Source: Candidatus Campbellbacteria bacterium (GTDB lineage: Bacteria > Patescibacteriota > Minisyncoccia > Phycocordibacterales > EsbW-18). Taken from it: 64,000 nucleotides of DNA. Positions 49,771 to 60,091 of the stretch are shown here, in pieces. The DNA is taken from the NCBI GenBank assembly GCA_024653945.1, contig JANLIT010000004.1, positions 13,281 to 77,280 on the forward strand. Direction: 5' to 3'. The notes under the pieces were generated by a model that saw only the letters and a program-made list of their open reading frames with translations, had not been told where the DNA came from and ran no database searches. The number at the start of each line of letters is the position of its first letter. The stretch's first letter is position 1. A program made the translations under genes and the position numbers.

Positions 49771-52296
49771 TCAAGGCTCTCGCGTAACGATACTTATAAG
49801 GCGATTGGGGATAAAAATGACCTTCTCAACAGTAACTTTCTCTAGGTACCGAGACAGCTTTTCATCCTTATAAATTAAGGCCAAAACGTCATCTTGGGTC
49901 ACTCCGGGGATGGTCAAAACCTTACCCCGAACCTTACCGTTGACCTGCATTATAACATATATCTCTTTTTCTGCAAGTACTGACTCATCGTACGTCGGCC
50001 ACGCTTGTATATGAACAGAATCCTGATGCCCGAGCTGTTGCCAAAGCTCTTCGGTAATATGTGGGGCAAAGGGAGCAAGAATACGCGCGAAGGTTTCAAA
50101 AGCTTCTTGTGGTATTCCCCTTTCTTTCTCCAGAGCATTAAGACAAATCATGAGTGCCGAAACAGCGGTGTTAAACTTAAACGATTCTATTTCATCCGTC
50201 ACTTTCTTAATTGTTTGATGAAGAACTCGCTTACCACTCTCAGATAGCTCATCAGCGCCAATCTTACTTGCCATTTTCCATACTCGTTCAATAAATCTTC
50301 GTACTCCAATGATACCGTCGGAGCTCCAGGGATACGAACCAACTTCATTGTATGGTCCAATGAATGCAAGATACATACGAACGGTATCCGACCCAAGTTG
50401 TGCAACTACCGCATCTGGATCAATAACGTTTCCTTTACTCTTACTCATTTTGTTTCCATCAGGACCAAGAATGAGTCCGCGATTCATTCGCTTCAGGTAC
50501 GGTTCCGAGTCACGAACAAGCCCGAGGTCAAAAAGAACTTTGTGCCAAAATCGAGAATACAGCAAGTGCATTGTTGTGTGTTCGGCCCCACCAGAATAAA
50601 ACGCAACAGGCATCCACATATCTTGTTTTGCTCGGGACGCAAACTCTTTCTCATTCTTTGGGTCGGTGTATCGAAGAAAATACCACGAAGAATCAATGAA
50701 TGTATCCAACGTATCTGTTTCGCGTTGTGCATCTCCGCCACATGTTGGACACTTCACATTCACCCAACTTTCTGCTTTTGCGAGAGGCGACTTACCATCC
50801 CCCATTGGAAGATAGTCGTCAATTTCGGGAAGTATCACAGGAAGGTCTTTCTCTGGAACAGGAACTGGACCACATTTCTCACAATGGATAATTGGAATGG
50901 GACAACCCCAATATCGTTGACGTGACACAATCCAATCACGCATACGGTACGTTGTTTTCATTTCCCCACCAACAGATTCGGTAATTTCTCTTTTTACTTC
51001 TTCAGTATTTTTTCCATTGAATTGGTTTGAATTCACCAATACTCCGTGACCTTCGTAACAGCGCTCGCCTTTTTTTATCAAATCAAGCTCTGAAAGACGA
51101 TGTCGTTCCGAAGTTTGTGCTACTGTTTCGTCTTCTAATTGGTGAGGAGCAAACGTCGGATACCCCCACGTGTCTACATCGTGCTCGTTCAAAGGATCGA
51201 TAACGTGGACCATTGGCAACTCGTAACGCCGTGCAAACTCATAATCTCGTCTGTCGTGTGCAGGGACGGCCATAATGGCACCTGTCCCATATGATGCGAG
51301 TACGTAATCAGCAATAAATATTGGAATCTCTTCTTTGTTTGCTGGATTAATCGCAACAACACCCTCAAGCTTCACACCCGTCTTTTCTCTTCCCTCCGCC
51401 ATACGATCAATCTCCGCTTTCTTGCGTGACTCTGTCGCATATTTTTGCACTTCCGCAAAATTGGAAATAGTACCTTTTAGTTTTTCTACCAATTCATGCT
51501 CGGGTGCGAGCACAAGGTAGGTTGCACCAAATAGCGTGTCCGGACGAGTTGTAAACACCTCAACAAAATCTAATTTTTCGAATTTCGAATTTCGAATTTC
51601 GAATTTAATCTGTGCACCTTCTGACGCACCAATCCAATTTCGTTGTGCTTCTTTAATCGCTTCTGGATACTGGAGTGTGTCTAAGTCAGACAATAGTCGT
51701 GGTGCGTAGTCGGTAATTTTAAGATTCCATTGTTTCATCAAACGCTTCTCAACTTCTGTTTCACACCGTTCACAGTGTCCCGCAACCACTTGCTCATTTG
51801 CGAGCACCGTCTTGCATGAGGGACACCAGTTTACCTCCGTTTCTTTTTGATATGCCAAACCTTTATTGTAGATTTGCAGAAAGAGCCACTGTGTCCATTT
51901 GTAGTACGATGGATCACACGTCACCACTTCGCGCGACCAATCAAACGATGCACCCATTGAACGAAGTTGGTTGCGCATGTACTCAATATTGCCAAGTGTC
52001 CACTCGCGCGGATTCAATTTGTTTTTAATCGCAGCGTTTTCAGCGGGCAAACCGAATGCATCAAACCCCATTGGGTAGAGCACATTGAAACCCTTCATGC
52101 GTTTGTACCGCGCAAAAATATCTGGAACAGAAAATGCATACCAATGTCCCACATGCAGGTTTCCCGACGGATAGGGAAACTCAATTAACGAGTAGAACTT
52201 GGGGCGTTTGTCTTCATCCTGCGCACGGAAAAGCTCTTGCCTCTCCCACTCTTTACGCCATTTCTCTTCAATTTTTTTGTGGTCGTAGGATTCCAT
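49771..52296 (-). CDS. leuS: Leucine--tRNA ligase
   Basis: FPYPSG.LHVGH, DAFGLPAENAA, SRQRYWG.PIP, KMSKS. Confidence 0.97.
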   Translation of the reverse strand: MESYDHKKIEEKWRKEWERQELFRAQDEDKRPKFYSLIEFPYPSGNLHVGHWYAFSVPDIFARYKRMKGFNVLYPMGFDAFGLPAENAAIKNKLNPREWTLGNIEYMRNQLRSMGASFDWSREVVTCDPSYYKWTQWLFLQIYNKGLAYQKETEVNWCPSCKTVLANEQVVAGHCERCETEVEKRLMKQWNLKITDYAPRLLSDLDTLQYPEAIKEAQRNWIGASEGAQIKFEIRNSKFEKLDFVEVFTTRPDTLFGATYLVLAPEHELVEKLKGTISNFAEVQKYATESRKKAEIDRMAEGREKTGVKLEGVVAINPANKEEIPIFIADYVLASYGTGAIMAVPAHDRRDYEFARRYELPMVHVIDPLNEHDVDTWGYPTFAPHQLEDETVAQTSERHRLSELDLIKKGERCYEGHGVLVNSNQFNGKNTEEVKREITESVGGEMKTTYRMRDWIVSRQRYWGCPIPIIHCEKCGPVPVPEKDLPVILPEIDDYLPMGDGKSPLAKAESWVNVKCPTCGGDAQRETDTLDTFIDSSWYFLRYTDPKNEKEFASRAKQDMWMPVAFYSGGAEHTTMHLLYSRFWHKVLFDLGLVRDSEPYLKRMNRGLILGPDGNKMSKSKGNVIDPDAVVAQLGSDTVRMYLAFIGPYNEVGSYPWSSDGIIGVRRFIERVWKMASKIGADELSESGKRVLHQTIKKVTDEIESFKFNTAVSALMICLNALEKERGIPQEAFETFARILAPFAPHITEELWQQLGHQDSVHIQAWPTYDESVLAEKEIYVIMQVNGKVRGKVLTIPGVTQDDVLALIYKDEKLSRYLEKVTVEKVIFIPNRLISIVTREP

Positions 52297-52338
52297 ATAC
52301 GTAAACACTATACTACACCACGCACTGAGGATATAAAA

Positions 52339-52374
52339 ACAGCCTCGCCACAGCTGTGTGGCGAGGCTGTTTTT
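52339..52374. terminator. Intrinsic terminator
   Basis: acagcctcgccaca-gctg-tgtggcgaggctgt with A/T runs. Confidence 0.75.
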
Positions 52375-52380
52375 CTTATT

Positions 52381-53316
52381 TTACTGTTTATACACTGGAT
52401 ATGTTTTTGGATCTATTGTTCGTTCAAAACACACTCGTCCCGAATCGTGAACAAAGTTTCCACTCATACCCCCCATGTCGTAGTACACAGGTGCAGGTGC
52501 TGTTTTTGCCGAATCAAGATTTGCTTGAGCAAACGTCGCACACAATTCAAACGAAAGAGGTTTAAGCACCGTGTATTCATATGATTCTTGTGATTGTGGG
52601 TCAACGGGTGCGCGGTATCCACTAATATCATCAGAAAGTGCACCTAGAGTTGTTGGCAATGCGTTGTGCTTTTGGTAGTAAAGGGTAATCTCCTGTTGAA
52701 CACCCGAAAGGTCGTTCACTCGTTGTTCATCAAAACGAAGCGCACGAACTTGAGATGGTGAGCCCGCAACAACAAGTCCCCACACAACAACTCCAACAAC
52801 TCCAATGACGGCAAGCACGATGAGTGTTTTGTTTACTTTTGTATCCTTTGACTCTGCACGACGTAAATCATAGAAGTAGTAGGCAAAGATAATTCCAGCA
52901 ACAACAAATACTGAAAGCATTTTCCAAATAAACCGAGATGAAATTTCTCCACCAAGGTATGTATTCACCAGCGCGATAATGTCACCCGCAACCGCCGCAC
53001 CAGCAATAAAGAGTGTGAAGTACACAAACCATTTACGAATAGCGAGTTGATACTTGGCAACATCGCGAGCTATATCTTTTCGGATGAGCCACGAAAGCAC
53101 GATGTACAAAGGAAATGCAACAAGGAGTGTTGACATAGCAAATCGCATACCACTTGTTGCCCACGATGACATGTACTGTGGATTCAATGCGTCGGGAAGT
53201 AGGGTGTTGATAATACTAAAAAAAATCGCAATAAGGGCACCCGCAGATGCATAGAGCGCTACCGCCGTGCCAAGATACATAAAGAAGTCCTTTGGCGTCA
53301 TTTTTGGTTTATCCAT
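52381..53316 (-). CDS. DUF5671-like membrane protein
   Basis: KDFFMYL, IRKWFVY.TLF, GSP...R..RFD..RV.DL. Confidence 0.75.
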   Translation of the reverse strand: MDKPKMTPKDFFMYLGTAVALYASAGALIAIFFSIINTLLPDALNPQYMSSWATSGMRFAMSTLLVAFPLYIVLSWLIRKDIARDVAKYQLAIRKWFVYFTLFIAGAAVAGDIIALVNTYLGGEISSRFIWKMLSVFVVAGIIFAYYFYDLRRAESKDTKVNKTLIVLAVIGVVGVVVWGLVVAGSPSQVRALRFDEQRVNDLSGVQQEITLYYQKHNALPTTLGALSDDISGYRAPVDPQSQESYEYTVLKPLSFELCATFAQANLDSAKTAPAPVYYDMGGMSGNFVHDSGRVCFERTIDPKTYPVYKQ

Positions 53317-53428
53317 ATAAATAGAAGTTAGTAGTAAGTAGTAAGTAGTTAGTAATTTCCTTGATTACACACCAAGTATACTCTGATTCTTGCCCAAAAT
53401 ACACGAAAATAGCGAGTCTAAAAAACAC

Positions 53429-53456
53429 TTGACAAACAAACATGGTCTGCTATACT
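53429..53456 (+). promoter_or_regulatory. sigma70 promoter
   Basis: TTGACA-16 bp-TATACT with TGn. Confidence 0.75.
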
Positions 53457-53462
53457 GTATCT

Positions 53463-53912
53463 ACCTTCAGCAGGCACGGGTTGCCCAGCTTGCATGAGAA
53501 GGTATCGTTCTTCGTGGGACAGCCCAACGAGGCTCCCACAGACAACCAACTACAACAACCTGGCTCAAAAGGAGGTTCGAACTAGATACCCTTGGCTACC
53601 AAGAGCAAGGGCTGGTCAAACAAGTACTAGAAGAGTACCTCGCCACCGACAACACACGATCTTCTCGCTTCTTGTGAGACAGAACGGCGGTACCACTCAA
53701 AAGGAGGGCCTGCTAGTGCGTGATTAGTGAAGGCGCTTGCGAGTGTAAGGAGAGAGTTTCGCGCCGCGAAACTACAAATAAACCCTCTCACTTGACGGAC
53801 TGTTAGCGGGTGTCCGCATCAAGTACTCGCACAGCTTGAGTTAAAAAGGGTTGGATACACAGAGACGCAGTGCGGGGGCCGGGCAGTCAGCGATGACTCC
53901 CCGGCCCTTTTT
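53463..53912 (+). ncRNA. Putative ~450-nt structured ncRNA of unknown class
   Basis: Promoter upstream, GC hairpin plus T-run at 53876-53912, many nested helices, no convincing ORF. Confidence 0.65.
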
Positions 53913-53993
53913 CATTTCATGCAACATTTTCAGACGTCCGACTTCTCTACAGGAAGGTCGGGCTCCCTTGTTACATGTTACATGACTTGTAAA

Positions 53994-55088
53994 CTAGATT
54001 TTAAACTCGACGACGTCGCCGTCTTTGACGATGTATTCCTTCCCTTCTGTACGTACCAAACCCTTTTCACGAGCTGTTGCGTATGAGCCGGCATCAATTA
54101 AATCTTTCCAAAAAACAACCTCAGCACGAATAAATTTTTGTAAAAAGTCCGTGTGAATCGCAGCGCCAGCTTGCGGTGCAGTGCTTCCCTTCTTTATTGT
54201 CCACGCACGTGTTTCATCTTCTCCAGTCGTCAAGAATGTCATCAAATCAAGAAGTGTAAAACCAGAAACAATTAAATCATCAATACCACCACGTACTGAA
54301 AGCTCTGTGCGCATGGCAACACGCTCGTCATATTCCATATCTTTCAAATCAGATTCTGTATTTGCGTCCACCACAACCCATACCGCTTTTTCTTTTTCAA
54401 AAAATGCAAGCAATGCCGTCCACCGTTCATCTTTGAGTTCATCTAAATTTTTTCCACCTGATTGTGTGTTAAGTGCGTAGAGCATCTTTTTCATCGTCAA
54501 AAGGTTGAGGAGTTTCACTTTTTCAAACTCTTCTTCGGTGAGTGCTGTGGTTCGAGCAAATGCCTCGGATTCAAGCACTACCTTCACCTTCTCCAGCCCG
54601 TCTTTCTCAACCTGTGCCTCACGTGAGCCACTACGGACCTCCTTCTCAACACTTCCGAGACGCTTCGTTACTACCTGCATATCTGCCAAAATAAGCTCTA
54701 AATTAATCACCCCAATGTCTCGTACTGGGTCAATGGTGTTTGATACGTGAATAATGTCAGCATTTTCAAATATACGCACCACCTGCACAATCGCATCAAC
54801 TTCGCGAATGTGGGAGAGAAATTGGTTTCCAAGTCCCTGCCCTTCCGATGCGCCCTTTACAAGTCCCGCGATGTCCACAAACTCAACGGCCGCAGGAATT
54901 GTTTTTTTTGATTGTGAAAACGTTGAAAGAACGGTGAGACGTTCGTCGGGTACTCGAACAACACCAACTGACGGATCAATGGTGCAGAACGGATAATTTG
55001 CGGCATCAACACTTTGACGTGTAAGCGCATTAAAAAGCGTCGACTTACCAACGTTGGGAAGACCAACAATACCAAGCGAGAGTCCCAT
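53994..55088 (-). CDS. ychF: Redox-regulated ATPase YchF
   Basis: GIVGLPNVGKSTLFNALT, ANYPFCTIDP, EGKEYIVKDGDV. Confidence 0.96.
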   Translation of the reverse strand: MGLSLGIVGLPNVGKSTLFNALTRQSVDAANYPFCTIDPSVGVVRVPDERLTVLSTFSQSKKTIPAAVEFVDIAGLVKGASEGQGLGNQFLSHIREVDAIVQVVRIFENADIIHVSNTIDPVRDIGVINLELILADMQVVTKRLGSVEKEVRSGSREAQVEKDGLEKVKVVLESEAFARTTALTEEEFEKVKLLNLLTMKKMLYALNTQSGGKNLDELKDERWTALLAFFEKEKAVWVVVDANTESDLKDMEYDERVAMRTELSVRGGIDDLIVSGFTLLDLMTFLTTGEDETRAWTIKKGSTAPQAGAAIHTDFLQKFIRAEVVFWKDLIDAGSYATAREKGLVRTEGKEYIVKDGDVVEFKI

Positions 55089-55090
55089 AA

Positions 55091-55327
55091 TTATTTTGAA
55101 TCCTGCATTAAGGTGTGCAATTCAACTTCGTGAGATGCAAAAACAGCTTGGGCTGCGGCCATTTGCTCCATACCACTGTTCGTTTTTTCTTGAACCTCTT
55201 GTGCAATACGTACAAAAAGGTCTGGGTCTTTTTCAAGCATACGCATAAACATATCGCGTTGCTCGGGAGGTAACCCTTCGAGTTGTTTCTGTGCGAGTTT
55301 TTGTAGCAATAATCCTGAAATACTCAT
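55091..55327 (-). CDS. Small hypothetical protein
   Basis: Directly upstream of ychF; ...LPPEQRD...KDPDLF..IA.E. Confidence 0.65.
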   Translation of the reverse strand: MSISGLLLQKLAQKQLEGLPPEQRDMFMRMLEKDPDLFVRIAQEVQEKTNSGMEQMAAAQAVFASHEVELHTLMQDSK

Positions 55328-55404
55328 AGTAGTACTAGGCAGACTAGCATAGACAAAAACAAAACACCACTCGCATACGGGTGGTGTTTTGCAAAACGAA
55401 AAAA

Positions 55405-55629
55405 TTAGTTTGTCGTTGTTGTAGTAGAAGTTGTTACTTCTGTTGTTGTGCCAGTTGTTCCATCATCACTTGTAGTTGCAACAACAGTTGTTGTTTCTAC
55501 TGTTGTCTCATCTACAATCACATCAGACACATCCTTCTTGTTTGTGAAGAAGAGAACACCTGCGAGAATGAGAAGAACAACAATGATGAGGATCGTAACA
55601 CCCGCTCCTCCTTTTTGTGTTGAAGTCAT
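55405..55629 (-). CDS. Small Thr-rich membrane-anchored protein
   Basis: QKGG followed by a hydrophobic helix (prepilin-like leader) and a Thr-rich tail. Confidence 0.6.
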   Translation of the reverse strand: MTSTQKGGAGVTILIIVVLLILAGVLFFTNKKDVSDVIVDETTVETTTVVATTSDDGTTGTTTEVTTSTTTTTN

Positions 55630-55786
55630 GTCAAAAAATTACGATTAATAAAACGGGTGCCACACTAAACATCACTGTCCATGAACGACACCAGATTTGT
55701 ACCCACAACTATAGCACAGACAGCCCCCAAAAGCAAAACCCGCACGTGTGTGCAGGTTCTGCTTTTAGATATATTTTTCTAAAGAA

Positions 55787-58700
55787 TTATGCCTCTTGAT
55801 TTTGAGAGAACGTGTATGCGCCACCAATACGTGTAAACTGTCGTTCTTTAATAACATCCAATACACGGACAAGGGCAAGACGAACTGATGTATATGCTGA
55901 ATCGTAGCGTTCATCAACACCCTGCAACAGTTCACCAATAATTACCTCTAGCTCGTTATTTGAAAGATGATACGTTACTTCTGCAATGTGCGGATTGACC
56001 GTTGTCTTTTCTTCAGCACCCTCAAGTCGTGCGCGATGTGCGTTGTCAAGTTCCGCTACCACTTTTCGCATAAAGTCGGCTACTGGTTGTTCTTGTGATT
56101 TGAGCATACGGAGAAATCCGAAGATGTTTTTGTCTTCTGCTCGCACCATCCATTCAACAAACAATGGAACCATTGAAAGTGTTGAAATAAAGAGTGCCTC
56201 GCGAACGCGCCCTTTATCGAGCACAAGCCATCCATCTTCTCGTGGGTATCGTGTCTTTGCAATTTCGACAACTTGTAACAATCGTTCAATTGCTTTCTTT
56301 TCGTCACCTTCTGCTGAGTGTACAACAAGTTTCATACCATCCTCAGACACCAGCGCTTGAGATGAACGTGCCACATCTTGTAGTCGAGCAAGTGAAACGG
56401 TGCTTTGAGCAACGGCATGCTCACGCTGTGCAACCATGCGCACTGCGAGTGATTGTGCAACAACATCAGCTACAGGAATTGCTGGAGCAATGGGAAGATC
56501 TACGGGAACCTCTGCAATAATTGGCTGAACACGAGATGTGTATTCATCGTACGCAGAAAATGTGTCTACTTCAGGAAGATTTTCTTCAAGAATCGGTGCA
56601 ACGTCTTGGACGTAGTGTGTGCTCGTGGGTGAAACTACCTCAAATACGTTCTCGTTTGTGCGTCGACGTGCAATGACATAGGTTACCCCACCAGAGATTG
56701 CGAGCAAACCAATGATAAAGAGGAGTATCTGGAAGAGGCTTGTTCCAAGACCCGTGTACGGAACCTGTGTTAGAGAAATTGAAGAACCGAGAACTTCGGG
56801 AGTACTGAAGAGAACAACCTTCGGACGGTGGCCACTGCCCCCACCACCTCCGCCACCCCCATCGTCATCGTCGTCGTCATCGTCGTCACCTCCGCCCCCT
56901 GCATTGTCATTGTTCGTGATGGTACATGTTTTATCTTGTCCTGCAGCAAGTGTCACTGAACCATTTGCAGCACAGTCACCACCCCACACGCTTGCGGTAT
57001 AGCCAGAAAGTTGGTTTTCAAAAATAAGATAGTTGGCTGGAGCAAATTTGTTTGTTTCACCGCTTATAACAAGTACTGTTGGTGCATCAATTACCGTTGG
57101 TATTTCACTGTTTACTCGCTCAACGTACAGATTAAAATCTGAAACTTGCTTAGTTCCACCGTCGTCGTTAATGACCGTCTTAATAACCGTCAGTGTTGCA
57201 CCATTTTGAATGATTGGATTGTCGTTGTTTACAATCGTACATGTTTTTGTTTGTCCTGCGACAAGTGTCACGGTGCCGTTTGCGGCACAGTCACCTCCCC
57301 ATGCGCCGGCTGTATATCCGGGAAGCTGGTCTTCAAAAACAAGGTAGTTGGCGGGGGTAAACTGATTAGTTTCACCACTTATGACGCGCACTGTTGGTGT
57401 AGTACTTATCGTTGGTACTTCACGGTTCACTCGCTCAACATACAGATTGAAATCCGAAACCTGTTTTATTCCACCATCATCATTGATAACTGTTTTGATT
57501 ACCCTCAACATTGCTGGATTTGAAATAATTGGGTTGTCGTTGTTGGTGATTGTACATGTTTTATTTTGGCCTGCAGCAAGTGTCACTGAACCATTTGCGG
57601 CACAGTCACCACCCCACACGCTTGCGGTATAGCCAGGAAGCTGGTCTTCGCGAACGGTGTATGCTCCAGCGGCAAACTGGTTAGTTTCACCGCTTATAAC
57701 AAGTACTGTTGGTTCCTCATCGAACACTCGATCAACATACAAATTGAAATCAGCAACTTGTTTAATACCACCATCGTCGTTAATGACTGTCTTAATGACT
57801 GTCAGTGTTGCCGGGTTTGTAATGATTGGATTGTCGTTGTTGGTGATGGTACATGTTTTTGTCTGTCCTGCGACAAGCGTGACCGTACCATTTGCAGCAC
57901 AGTTTCCACCCCATGCGCTGGCTGTATATCCGGGAAGTTGGTCTTCGTGAACAGTATATGCTCCAGCGGCAAATTGGTTTGTTTCACCGCTTATAACAAT
58001 GACATTGCCTACATAGAGTTTGAAATCTGAAACCTGCTTGATACCGCCATCGTCGTTAATAACGGTTTTTATAAGTCTAAGGTGTGCAGGATTTGGTATC
58101 ACTGGATTGTCGTTGTTCACAATCGTACATGTCTTGCTTTGTCCTGCGGCAAGTGTCACGGTGCCATTTGCGGCACAGTCACCTCCCCATGCGCTTGCGG
58201 TATATCCGGGAAGTTGGTCTTCGTGAACTGTGCGTGTACCTGGCTGAAGGTGTTGCGAAACACCACTGACAAAAGGAATACTGTCTGCATACAGATGAAA
58301 GTCAGCAACCTGCTTAATACCGCCGTCGTCGTTAATAACGGTTTTTATAATCGTAAGTGTTGCTGGATTTGAAACTGGATTATCGTTGTTGGTGATGGTA
58401 CATGTCTTGTTCTGTTCTCCGGAAAGTGTCACCGAGCCGTTCGCCGCACAATCACCTCCCCATGTGCCAGCTGTATATCCGGGGAGGTTGGTTTCAGACA
58501 CGGTGTATGTTCCTGCGTGAAAGTAGTTATTAACACCACTCGTTACTGGTGTGGTATTTACGAACAAGGGAAAATCAGAAACGACTGCGGTTCCACCGTT
58601 GTCATTGATGACAGTTTTGGTAACGGTGAGTTTTGGTCCACACAAAGGCAAAGGATAGGACGCGAATTCCCAGTCAAAAACCGTGTAGGCCGGCAATTGC

Positions 58701-59218
58701 GCAAAATCTGGGTTTGTCTGAGGTGCGGCTGGGCCTTCAAAGAAATCGGATTGATACTGACACGTGGTAGGTTGTGACCTTGATATTGTTATTGTTGCAC
58801 CAGGTCCAATCGAGTCTTCGTTATCGCTATAGAGTGTTTGTGTTGCAAGGAACGTTGTGTTCGAACCCGGTTCCCACTCATCAAATACCTTGTATGTAGC
58901 CATGTGAATTGAATATGTACACTCTGTTGAGAAATTTTTTACTTCAACTGATGTGGGAAGGTTACCAGTGACGATAAATGGATCACCGTTTGGATGACGG
59001 AGGTCTGCTCGTGGATTAGGAACACATGTGGATGGCTCGTGGGTTCCGCCACCAGTAGGAGGGGTTACTTCAGCACTTTTGGTAGCCACCGTAGCACCTT
59101 CAATTGTTGCTTGCTGTGCAAGCATTGCACTTGGCACCACAACAGAGGCGACGAGGAGTAATGACACTCCTGCCCCGAGAAAATTAGATCGAACTGATTG
59201 TGTAATTGTTTTTAACAT
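55787..59218 (-). CDS. Sortase-anchored surface protein with six tandem prealbumin-like (pilin) repeats, VPYTG signal plus TM, and a cytoplasmic C-terminal domain
   Basis: Repeats LTV.KTVINDDGG...WGGDCAANG.VTL..GQ.KTCTI.NNDN x6; start MLKT assumed. Confidence 0.8.
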   Translation of the reverse strand: MLKTITQSVRSNFLGAGVSLLLVASVVVPSAMLAQQATIEGATVATKSAEVTPPTGGGTHEPSTCVPNPRADLRHPNGDPFIVTGNLPTSVEVKNFSTECTYSIHMATYKVFDEWEPGSNTTFLATQTLYSDNEDSIGPGATITISRSQPTTCQYQSDFFEGPAAPQTNPDFAQLPAYTVFDWEFASYPLPLCGPKLTVTKTVINDNGGTAVVSDFPLFVNTTPVTSGVNNYFHAGTYTVSETNLPGYTAGTWGGDCAANGSVTLSGEQNKTCTITNNDNPVSNPATLTIIKTVINDDGGIKQVADFHLYADSIPFVSGVSQHLQPGTRTVHEDQLPGYTASAWGGDCAANGTVTLAAGQSKTCTIVNNDNPVIPNPAHLRLIKTVINDDGGIKQVSDFKLYVGNVIVISGETNQFAAGAYTVHEDQLPGYTASAWGGNCAANGTVTLVAGQTKTCTITNNDNPIITNPATLTVIKTVINDDGGIKQVADFNLYVDRVFDEEPTVLVISGETNQFAAGAYTVREDQLPGYTASVWGGDCAANGSVTLAAGQNKTCTITNNDNPIISNPAMLRVIKTVINDDGGIKQVSDFNLYVERVNREVPTISTTPTVRVISGETNQFTPANYLVFEDQLPGYTAGAWGGDCAANGTVTLVAGQTKTCTIVNNDNPIIQNGATLTVIKTVINDDGGTKQVSDFNLYVERVNSEIPTVIDAPTVLVISGETNKFAPANYLIFENQLSGYTASVWGGDCAANGSVTLAAGQDKTCTITNNDNAGGGGDDDDDDDDDGGGGGGGGSGHRPKVVLFSTPEVLGSSISLTQVPYTGLGTSLFQILLFIIGLLAISGGVTYVIARRRTNENVFEVVSPTSTHYVQDVAPILEENLPEVDTFSAYDEYTSRVQPIIAEVPVDLPIAPAIPVADVVAQSLAVRMVAQREHAVAQSTVSLARLQDVARSSQALVSEDGMKLVVHSAEGDEKKAIERLLQVVEIAKTRYPREDGWLVLDKGRVREALFISTLSMVPLFVEWMVRAEDKNIFGFLRMLKSQEQPVADFMRKVVAELDNAHRARLEGAEEKTTVNPHIAEVTYHLSNNELEVIIGELLQGVDERYDSAYTSVRLALVRVLDVIKERQFTRIGGAYTFSQNQEA

Positions 59219-59289
59219 ATGTATTTGATTAGTATATGTACGTTTGCGCATTATACATCCCTAAAAATTAAAAGTCAATACCTCTCTAT

Positions 59290-59979
59290 TTAGCGTGCAG
59301 TGAGGTCGTAGCTACCAACAAAATCCGATTCAACAACATATCGTTCCTCTTTTTGACCAAACGAATTGCATGTTGAAAGCGTTAATTTTTTTCGTGTGCT
59401 TGAAAAGTTCACACGTACCTCATCTTCGTTAACGAGTGATACTTTTGTCACGCGATACACATACTCTTTTGTTTTTGACTGCACGCGGACGAGATCTCCT
59501 TCACGTGCATCCTTTAAACCACTGAATGCTTTGAATGCTTGGTTTTGTACAACACGAAAACCTGTGCTGTGACCGAAAAGAAATATGTTGCTTACATCTT
59601 CCAAATCACCCGAACCTGGATAGCGGACCGCGCCACTCAAAAGTGCCGTATCAAGAATTTCAATGTCACGACTTTCTGGATTCACAATCAGTGTATCAAC
59701 ACCAATACGCTCAATAATAATTCGCACTGGTGCACTATCCTCTTGCACGGCATCTGTGGATTGTGGCACTGTCGTGTTCGCAATTGCAACTGTGGGGGTT
59801 TCTGTTTCAAGTTTTGGTACCAAACCAAGAGCAAATGAAATACCCAGGAGAACGATAAAAAAACCGCTCCACAGGATGCCGACAAGCACCGGATGCTCTT
59901 TTAGAAGTGCAAAAAGGTCACTCACCATGCTTTGGGAATATGTGTTTTTTTGCCTTGTTTGTGCAGTTTTCTTTTGCAT
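59290..59979 (-). CDS. Sortase
   Basis: FLFGHS, LTLSTC, ERYVV. Confidence 0.88.
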   Translation of the reverse strand: MQKKTAQTRQKNTYSQSMVSDLFALLKEHPVLVGILWSGFFIVLLGISFALGLVPKLETETPTVAIANTTVPQSTDAVQEDSAPVRIIIERIGVDTLIVNPESRDIEILDTALLSGAVRYPGSGDLEDVSNIFLFGHSTGFRVVQNQAFKAFSGLKDAREGDLVRVQSKTKEYVYRVTKVSLVNEDEVRVNFSSTRKKLTLSTCNSFGQKEERYVVESDFVGSYDLTAR

Positions 59980-60091
59980 AGCACGTGTATGTGTTGTCTA
60001 TGAATACTACCACCTTTTTATATAAAGTCAATACCGTTCCCCAGACATCCTGAAGAACGGCACTAACTCTTACAACCTTTGTAGGAGCTCC

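Noticed and set aside
53494-53727. 77-aa ORF
   Set aside because: No RBS or recognisable protein features; the region is better explained by RNA structure
56915-58640. Repeats as DGR template/variable regions
   Set aside because: In-frame protein domain repeats; no reverse transcriptase in the window and no evident adenine-specific pattern
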